A stretch of DNA of 64,000 nt from Promethearchaeota archaeon (lineage in GTDB: Archaea > Asgardarchaeota > Lokiarchaeia > Sigyniarchaeales > SOKP01): NCBI GenBank assembly GCA_048940805.1, contig JBHLOF010000004.1, positions 33,946 through 97,945 of the forward strand, given 5' to 3'. Each line of letters opens with the position of its first letter. Within the stretch, counting starts at the first letter, position 1. The position numbers and the translations under genes were made by a program. A model generated the notes under the pieces. It had not been told where the DNA came from and did not search any database. It saw nothing but the letters and a program-made list of their open reading frames with translations. Below, one piece after another: positions 57,628 through 64,000 of this stretch.

Positions 57628-60000
57628 ATGAAATGCTTATACTGTGAGAACCAGAAAGTCGATTATACTTGCGAAAAATGTAAATCCAGTTTTTGCATTA
57701 ATCATATTGCCTCAACCGAAATTCACGAGTGTAAAAAGCATAATATTATTTATTCTAAAGCAAAAGCAGCAGAACGAAATTTTAAATGTACTATAGTTGA
57801 AGATAGTGCGTGCCCTGTTTGTAAATCACTTTTAAGATTGGAAAGATTATCTTCAGGACAATATTATTTAGAGTGTACTAACCCTCAGTGTCCTGATTCA
57901 TGGAATTCTTATTCTAAAACACCAGGATTGTTTTTTCCTTCTAAGGAAAAATTAGCAAGAGAAGCATTGAGATATAATCTAGTAAAAGGAAATAGATTGT
58001 TATTATGCGGAAAGAGATTACGACATATAATTGGAAAAGAAGTTTGTCCTAATTGTTTCCTAGATTTATTAAAAAGAGCTACTCTCACAAATTTCTCTAC
58101 AATTATGGAGTCATTTAATATAACAGCAGACCAGATGATTAAATTCATAAATAAGTATATGGAAGAAGAGAGAATTTATGGTATAATTGACCAGAAAAAC
58201 CAAATGTTTTATTATATATCCCCCGAAATGAGGGAAAAGATACTCTCTAAATTTAACGATGAGGGAATCATCAAAGTTGAAGATTTAGCTGCTATGTTGG
58301 ATATGAGTAGTGAAATTGCACGTAACGTTATTTATAAATTAATAAGCCAATATCAGATTAAAGGGTCATTTTCACAAGATAAGCTCACCTATTATACCCA
58401 AAAATACATTATGGATAATTTGATTGAAAAAATCAAGAAGAAAGGAAGAGTTTCGTTGAAACATCTTGCAAACGAATTTGATCTTCCAAAAGAACTTGTA
58501 AAATCATTTTGTGTTAATTTGATGAGAGCCAAAGCAGTTAATAGTTATTTTGCTGATAGAGGTAACGAAGTTATTACCGCAGCTCAAATCCATAAGGAAA
58601 TTAAAGCATACTCAAAAGACACGGGATTATTTGAATTAAATAAACTTGCTTCTAAGTTGAAAATCGCCGTTGAACTTGCTAGAAAGAGCTTACATGAACT
58701 CATTAAAACGGGGAAGATAAAAGGTATCTTCACTCAAAGAAGAGAATTTATGACTTTTAAACATCTAGAATCAAAAATTAAAGATCTCGCAAGGGCATAT
58801 AGAACGATGCCATTAAGAGAACTTTCAAACAGACTTGGGGTTACTGAATCAAGTATTGAGGAAAATTTAGCAGCAGTTATTGCACGAGGAGATATAGACG
58901 GATATATAGACATGTCGAAAAGAACCTTTGTGGCATATTCAGTACCAATTGACGATAAAACAATTGCTAAGCCACAAATTACAAAAGCTTCACCCAAAGG
59001 TAACGTAGAGGTAGTTCGTGAATATGATTTCATTGGAGGTCAATTACATATGAAGATTGCCGTTCGAAATAAGAGTGATATGGCAATAAATTCTGTGAAA
59101 GTTATCTTAGATGCCCCCTCAAGTTACAATGTAAAAAATCCACTAATAAACATCCCGGTAATTGAAGCTCAAAATTCTCGAGGTGTAGATTTTTATTTAG
59201 AACCAAAAGAATGTGGAATATCATCAATTGGTGGAGATGTAATCTACAAGACAGCATCAGGAGAGAAAAACACAGTACATATCAGAAGGAAAGAAGTTCA
59301 AATTAAATGCCCTCTTGTGGTATCATGTTTAGCAACCATCGAAGATGTCCAGATTGCAATAGCAGATCTTCCAAATGATGCCCGTGCTTTTTTAATAGCC
59401 GATCTAGATCCACGATTAGCATTTAGAGCGGCAGTGAGAACAATTAAGCGCTTCGAAGTAAGTGCAGTAACATCCCATGAAGGTAAAGATCCTAAGGGAA
59501 AGTATGAAGCCGAAGCATGGTTCTGTAGTGAAGCAAAAGTCGGCGGAGGGAGAATAGTGACTCGGATCTTTGTTTCTGAGACAAATCAATCACTGGAAGT
59601 TAGAGTTTGGTGCGGGGAGGCTGGTCAACTTACTGGATTCTTAGCAAAAGTGATCGAATTATTATTTGAAGAGATTAACATTATCCGTAAGATTAGATCC
59701 GAAGAACGTGAAAAAACTATTGATGTTATGGCGATTACACAAAATTTAGCAGAAATATCTGACTATTGTATGCTCAGATGGAAAGCCCAAAATATAAGAA
59801 ATAAATTACATGATACTTTTGTACGAGTCAGGAAAATTCTTGGGAATGATGGGGATGCAGTTTTAGGTAGGATGGAATTTTGGCTTACAGAACTTAATAA
59901 ATACGGGAAAGACGATAAGATCTCTGATGACAATGCAGATAAACTAGTGAATGATGTCGAAAATTTCAAAACTGTCATTGCCCGTTCAATAAAATTATGA
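57628..60000 (+). CDS. 790-aa protein: AN1-like zinc finger, zinc ribbons, five tandem PCI-like winged helices, C-terminal beta-sandwich/alpha domain
   Basis: C3-x2-C-x8-C-x2-C-x4-C-x2-H-x6-H-x-C at the N-terminus, then 'CPVCKS...CTNPQC' and 'CPNC'. Five WH-like units follow at 60-aa spacing, for example 'RIYGIIDQKNQMFYYI' and 'ARGDIDGYIDMSKRTFVAY'. Confidence 0.6.
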   Translation: MKCLYCENQKVDYTCEKCKSSFCINHIASTEIHECKKHNIIYSKAKAAERNFKCTIVEDSACPVCKSLLRLERLSSGQYYLECTNPQCPDSWNSYSKTPGLFFPSKEKLAREALRYNLVKGNRLLLCGKRLRHIIGKEVCPNCFLDLLKRATLTNFSTIMESFNITADQMIKFINKYMEEERIYGIIDQKNQMFYYISPEMREKILSKFNDEGIIKVEDLAAMLDMSSEIARNVIYKLISQYQIKGSFSQDKLTYYTQKYIMDNLIEKIKKKGRVSLKHLANEFDLPKELVKSFCVNLMRAKAVNSYFADRGNEVITAAQIHKEIKAYSKDTGLFELNKLASKLKIAVELARKSLHELIKTGKIKGIFTQRREFMTFKHLESKIKDLARAYRTMPLRELSNRLGVTESSIEENLAAVIARGDIDGYIDMSKRTFVAYSVPIDDKTIAKPQITKASPKGNVEVVREYDFIGGQLHMKIAVRNKSDMAINSVKVILDAPSSYNVKNPLINIPVIEAQNSRGVDFYLEPKECGISSIGGDVIYKTASGEKNTVHIRRKEVQIKCPLVVSCLATIEDVQIAIADLPNDARAFLIADLDPRLAFRAAVRTIKRFEVSAVTSHEGKDPKGKYEAEAWFCSEAKVGGGRIVTRIFVSETNQSLEVRVWCGEAGQLTGFLAKVIELLFEEINIIRKIRSEEREKTIDVMAITQNLAEISDYCMLRWKAQNIRNKLHDTFVRVRKILGNDGDAVLGRMEFWLTELNKYGKDDKISDDNADKLVNDVENFKTVIARSIKL

Positions 60001-60071
60001 AATAATTTGCAATAAAAGTTTATATAGTTTAATTTGATAACTATTATTAATATAACATAAATTTCAAGACC

Positions 60072-60494
60072 ATGTCGCCAATTATCTCTGTATCTTTGAA
60101 TGAAAGCCTTAAGAAATTTATTAATAAATTAATCTCGAAAAATCAATATGAAAATAAATCAAAACTAATAAGAGATGCACTGCTAAGATTAATGTCAACA
60201 GTGGATATCTCTAATATTGATGATATTAGCGATACTACACCGTATCAAACTCAAAAAAGTATCATCGGTAACATGATTATGGTTGCTCCTAATGATTCTA
60301 CTATTCAAAAAAAGATAAACAGAATAGAAAATGAATTTAAGGATCAAATCGTCAGTAAAAATCAAAATTTTGTGGATCACAGTGTCGTAATTTTCATGAT
60401 ATTTGAGGGAAAACTTCAAGATTTTCAAAAACTCGTTGTTGAAATAAATAGTATTGAAGAACTCAAAAATTTCAGATATTTAATTATTAATTAA
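60072..60494 (+). CDS. ribbon-helix-helix (CopG/NikR-like) regulator with ACT-like C-terminal domain lacking the His-rich Ni site
   Basis: 'IISVSLNESLKKFINKLISKNQYENKSKLIRDALLRL' is an RHH. The C-terminal ~80 aa are NikR-C-like in layout but His-poor. Confidence 0.55.
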   Translation: MSPIISVSLNESLKKFINKLISKNQYENKSKLIRDALLRLMSTVDISNIDDISDTTPYQTQKSIIGNMIMVAPNDSTIQKKINRIENEFKDQIVSKNQNFVDHSVVIFMIFEGKLQDFQKLVVEINSIEELKNFRYLIIN

Positions 60495-60573
60495 GTATCA
60501 ATTTCTTTCAAAAACATTGGATAAACTAAAATAGATTATCTATTTAAATTGTTAATTACGTAGTGATAATAAA

Positions 60574-60933
60574 ATGGGAAAAAATAAGTATGGAAAAGGA
60601 TATCAAAAAGGTGGAAAATCTCCAGCTAGTGGATCTAATAAAGAGGGAGATCCCATACGTGGAGGGAAGATAAAGGCAAGCCATATCTTAGTTGAAAAAT
60701 ATAGTAAATCCCAAGAAATATATGAAGATCTCGAGGCTGGAGATAATTTTCAACAACTTGCTCAAAAATTTTCTACTTGTCCTAGTAAGAAAAGAGGGGG
60801 AAATTTAGGTGAATTCTCAAAAGGGGATATGGTTCCAGAGTTTTGGAATGCGTGCACTAAACTAAAACTGGGTGAAATTTCCCAGCCTGTAAAAACTAAA
60901 TTCGGATATCATATTATAAAACGAACTGGTTAG
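60574..60933 (+). CDS. parvulin-type peptidyl-prolyl isomerase with Gly/Lys-rich N-terminal extension (Par14-like)
   Basis: 'KASHILVEK', 'GGNLGEFSKGDMVPEF' and 'PVKTKFGYHIIKR'. The N-terminal 33 aa are 'MGKNKYGKGYQKGGKSPASGSNKEGDPIRGGKI'. Confidence 0.9.
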   Translation: MGKNKYGKGYQKGGKSPASGSNKEGDPIRGGKIKASHILVEKYSKSQEIYEDLEAGDNFQQLAQKFSTCPSKKRGGNLGEFSKGDMVPEFWNACTKLKLGEISQPVKTKFGYHIIKRTG

Positions 60934-60951
60934 AAAGAAAATAGCCCAGCA

Positions 60952-61055
60952 CGGATTCGAACCGTGGTCTAGGGGTTCAGGGCCCCCAATGCTTGACCGT
61001 TATGCTATTGAGTAAAAAACTTACTCAAATCTACACCACTGGGCTGATATTGCTA
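60952..61055 (-). tRNA. tRNA-Gln(CUG) candidate with a ~31-nt non-canonical intron in the D-loop
   Basis: Hand fold: acceptor AGCCCAG/CTGGGCT plus discriminator A. T-arm CACGG-TTCGAAT-CCGTG. Anticodon arm GGGGG-CCCTGAA-CCCCT. D-arm GTGT...GCAT is interrupted at about 61010-61040 by an insert with an 8-bp hairpin (TTGAGTAA/TTACTCAA). No CCA is encoded. Confidence 0.75.
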
Positions 61056-61066
61056 GTTTTAATATT

Positions 61067-61082
61067 AATAATCAATTTTTTC
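61067..61082 (-). promoter_or_regulatory. TATA-like A/T box upstream of the tRNA
   Basis: ATTATTAATATTAAAA (minus strand) spans about -27 to -12 relative to the tRNA 5' end. The genome is AT-rich, so specificity is low. Confidence 0.3.
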
Positions 61083-61394
61083 TAAAAAAATTTTTGCAAA
61101 TTTATAGAATCTTAACAATTTTGGGGAGAAATCCATCAAAAAATAAGAATTTCCTCATTTATTAATTATTGCCAAATAGGATAAATTTATTTATTAAGAT
61201 CGATATTAATATCGTGGATTACACGTTCTTAATTTGGAGGACTAAAAAGGTATCAGTTTCAAAAACTAATTTTATATATATATATACCCCGTGACTGAAA
61301 ACAAACAAAAAACCCCTGTAAACTGTTGTACTTTTTAACTGTTATCCTCCTGAGTGTAATCCACCCTTTTTGAATTTTTAAAATCATGTGATAC

Positions 61395-62090
61395 ATGGAT
61401 AATATTTTACCAGTATTAACGAAAATGGAAAGGATGATGGAAATTGTGCTGAATAAAGATATAATCCTTGAATTGAGCGAGCTCCTTACCAAACTTATTT
61501 ATAATTTAAAAAAGGGTAATGAGTATCGTGAACTATTTACCCTACTGAAAAATTTGTATGATTCGATTGGTTATTATACTTATGATGAGTTAGAACCCAA
61601 GGAGGTTATTAGTTATTCCTTATGGCTAGCTGTAGGGTTAAAACAGAGATTTTATTCTTTAGATGATTCTCGGTTAATTGAGCGTGTAAAAGACCTGACG
61701 ATAAAAATCAACAAGTATATAGAAGATGTTCATGGGCTTAGTAACCTGATAGTGGTTCCCGAGTGGCCCGAAGGACTTACCGAGAAAGATCAAATGGAAC
61801 GAGACATTAAGATAATCACGTGGCGTTTTGGAAGTTGTCTTGCTATATGCCTTCGTGCAGGAGGGAGTAAAAGGGATAGATTTATCCAATTTCTATTTGA
61901 ATTTTTTGATTATCTTAATAAAGGACTCTATAGTTCTCAAGGAATAAGCATAATTGAAGAGAATCTCTCTCATTTTGAGAAAAGACTTGAAAATGAGTTC
62001 GACGTATTAGATTTTCTTGATGAATCACTTAAGATCATCAAAGGGGAGTACAACTTTACTGTTAATAAACTTAAAGAAATATTTGATTAG
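61395..62090 (+). CDS. hypothetical all-helical protein
   Basis: 231-aa ORF with no recognised motifs. Confidence 0.4.
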   Translation: MDNILPVLTKMERMMEIVLNKDIILELSELLTKLIYNLKKGNEYRELFTLLKNLYDSIGYYTYDELEPKEVISYSLWLAVGLKQRFYSLDDSRLIERVKDLTIKINKYIEDVHGLSNLIVVPEWPEGLTEKDQMERDIKIITWRFGSCLAICLRAGGSKRDRFIQFLFEFFDYLNKGLYSSQGISIIEENLSHFEKRLENEFDVLDFLDESLKIIKGEYNFTVNKLKEIFD

Positions 62091-62096
62091 TAAATT

Positions 62097-63770
62097 TTAA
62101 TATTTACTCCAAAATTTATCACTTTCATATTTTGTATTGTAATCATGAGCGAGAATCGATTTAAATTCTTCAAGTCCTTTATATTTGTCAAAATCAGATG
62201 ATTCCTTAATGAGTTTTTTAATCTCCAACTCTCCACTAAAATCATCGAAGACAGCACCTGCTCTAATTGATTCTTCTAATAACTGGAATGCTTCCTTCTT
62301 ATTATTTTGTAGCGCTGCAGCCCGAGCCTTATGAAATAGTGCTAAAGACCAAAGATTATCCCAATTTATCATACCTTCGACCTGATCTAAAAGTTTTATT
62401 GCTTCATCATATTTTCCTCTATCTACTAACATTCCTCCCTTTCCAACTACAGCTTCCGTATATTCTGGTGAAATCTTTATCATATTTTCATAACAATTGA
62501 ATTCACCTTCAAGATCGTTTAATTTTTTATAAAAAGAAACTTTTTCTTCCCAGATATTCATATCACCAGGTTCCAATTCTGTTATTCTGTCAAAATTTTT
62601 GAGGGCGAGTGTATATTTACCCATTTCAGCAAATATATTTGCTTGACTTTCCAATATGTATACATTATTTGGAGCAAATTTCAATGCACTATCGAGACTA
62701 TTAATTGCTATTTCATTATTACCTAATACTTTATGAATATTTCCGAGTAAAAATAAGCAAGATGCATCGTTAGGATTAATCTTTAGCGCCCTCTCGCAAT
62801 ATTTGAGAGATTCTTTAGTTGGACGTTTATCATCATAAGTTCCTTTTTTGTACAAGGCGAAAGATTTATTAAAATTTGCAACCAAATTAAGATCGTCCAA
62901 TTCTAATACCTCGTCAAAGTATTCGATTGACTCAGTTAAGACACCAATATTGTTTAATGCGCACATATTTTCTGGTTCAATCTTTAGTGCGGTATTAAAA
63001 TATTCAACCGCTTCATTATCTTTATGTAGCTTCCTTAGTAAAGTGATACCTTTGTTATTCAAAATGCAGGCATTCTTATTATTTTTCTCTAGCAAGTTAT
63101 CGAGATATAATGCTATATAATCGTACATCCACCAATGAATAATAGATGCATATCTAAACAGAATTATTGGTTTATCAGAACAGAATTTAGAGGTTATTTC
63201 TGATTTGTCATTAATTTTTACGTTAATCCCCATCTTACCCCATAATAATCTATATTCTAATCCTGATTCAGAAAGCTTATCATGATAATTTATAGCTTCC
63301 TCTAGAATGTTAATATATCGCTTTAGATAAAGTATATATTCCACATCCTCACAAATCTCTCTTAATTTAGCTATTAATAATCCCCGTAAATAGAGTCCTT
63401 CTAATTCATATGAATATATTTCTAAACATATATCAATTTGTCTTAGAGTGTCAAGAATATCTTCTTTCTTTTGTATATGGCTCAAGTTTCTTGCTTTTTT
63501 AACATAATATGAGTGCTTATTGTGTTTTCCCAATTTTTTATAAATCACACTTTTAAGATAGAAAGCGATAATGTTTATAGGATCATCTTCTAATACTTTA
63601 TCAAGATCATCGAGTATAATTTCATTTTTACCCGTTCTTCCAATCATTAATACCTTATCTAAAATTTTGTTTATATTACCTATTTCAGACATTTTATCTT
63701 CTTTATTAAAGACTCTTTGAATCTTGTTCATCCAATTTATAATATAAATAAAAAAATCGAATACTGCCAT
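62097..63770 (-). CDS. tetratricopeptide-repeat (TPR) protein
   Basis: Multiple 34-aa TPR-like units in the C-terminal half ('AVEYFNTALKIEPEN', 'SLKYCERALKINPND', 'AINSLDSALKFAPNN', 'ALKNFDRITELEPGD'). The true start is probably an internal Met (MNKIQ or MSEIG). Confidence 0.8.
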   Translation of the reverse strand: MAVFDFFIYIINWMNKIQRVFNKEDKMSEIGNINKILDKVLMIGRTGKNEIILDDLDKVLEDDPINIIAFYLKSVIYKKLGKHNKHSYYVKKARNLSHIQKKEDILDTLRQIDICLEIYSYELEGLYLRGLLIAKLREICEDVEYILYLKRYINILEEAINYHDKLSESGLEYRLLWGKMGINVKINDKSEITSKFCSDKPIILFRYASIIHWWMYDYIALYLDNLLEKNNKNACILNNKGITLLRKLHKDNEAVEYFNTALKIEPENMCALNNIGVLTESIEYFDEVLELDDLNLVANFNKSFALYKKGTYDDKRPTKESLKYCERALKINPNDASCLFLLGNIHKVLGNNEIAINSLDSALKFAPNNVYILESQANIFAEMGKYTLALKNFDRITELEPGDMNIWEEKVSFYKKLNDLEGEFNCYENMIKISPEYTEAVVGKGGMLVDRGKYDEAIKLLDQVEGMINWDNLWSLALFHKARAAALQNNKKEAFQLLEESIRAGAVFDDFSGELEIKKLIKESSDFDKYKGLEEFKSILAHDYNTKYESDKFWSKY

Positions 63771-64000
63771 TAAGTTTATGTCTTATTTATTAAATAAAAA
63801 GAATTGAATATTTAAATCTGTCATTGCTGATTTTCAAGATGTTCTTATAAACCATTTAATATTCTCATGTAACTGAAATTTGTTTTGTATAGTGTTACAA
63901 AATTTGTTGGAATTTAATACCCAACAATAATTTTTCTAATTTAGTTTTTTGGGAGTCATAGATAAGTGGGAGCATTTCGTTGAAATGTGTAAAATGGACT

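Noticed and set aside
61273-61286. A (TA)7 microsatellite in the intergenic region upstream of 61395.
   Set aside because: It is short, in an AT-rich spacer, and has no flanking structure. It could be part of a promoter but nothing specific supports this.
1-64000. A search for CRISPR arrays, rRNA genes, transposases/IS ends and long direct repeats.
   Set aside because: I saw no regularly spaced repeats, rRNA-like conserved stretches or transposase/integrase motifs. The only DNA-level duplications are the paralogous gene pairs reported above.

Overview
The window is very AT-rich by eye (I could not compute GC) and densely coding. It looks like an archaeal chromosomal segment, most consistent with an Asgard (Lokiarchaeia-like) genome. 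That placement is an inference from gene content: a divergent actin-family protein, an MglA-type small GTPase, a Roadblock/LC7 protein, an AN1-like zinc-finger/winged-helix giant, a Par14-like parvulin, and a tRNA with a non-canonical intron.

Housekeeping blocks:
- gyrB-gyrA.
- asnS-gatA-gatB followed by a class I LysRS-like gene.
- A DEAD-box helicase and a DHPS-like gene.
- An ADP-forming acyl-CoA synthetase alpha subunit.
- An M20 peptidase, class III aminotransferase and GNAT group.
- A CofE-like gene, a flavodiiron protein, and a hydroxyacyl-CoA dehydrogenase with a MenB/BadI-like crotonase.
- hisA and DUF72.

I found no rRNA, CRISPR array or transposase. There is one tRNA.

Most interesting items:
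1. A three-gene cassette made of a K/E-rich protein, an Arp-like actin and a TPR-like giant whose CHAT (caspase-fold) domain has lost its catalytic dyad.
2. A 790-aa protein with an AN1-like zinc finger, zinc ribbons, five 60-aa-periodic PCI-like winged helices and a beta-sandwich.
3. A 1007-aa TrmB-like protein carrying four copies of an undescribed two-Trp module. It sits next to a DNA methyltransferase with no recognisable nuclease.
4. Tandem SHOCT-ended coiled-coil paralogs followed by a second orphan methyltransferase.
5. Two GT-C glycosyltransferase paralogs flanking a sequon-rich surface protein.
6. An unannotated 57-aa Cys-rich ORF abutting a GIY-YIG gene.
7. Several homopolymer frameshifts and start-codon anomalies.

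All family calls come from motif recognition by eye. No searches were run.
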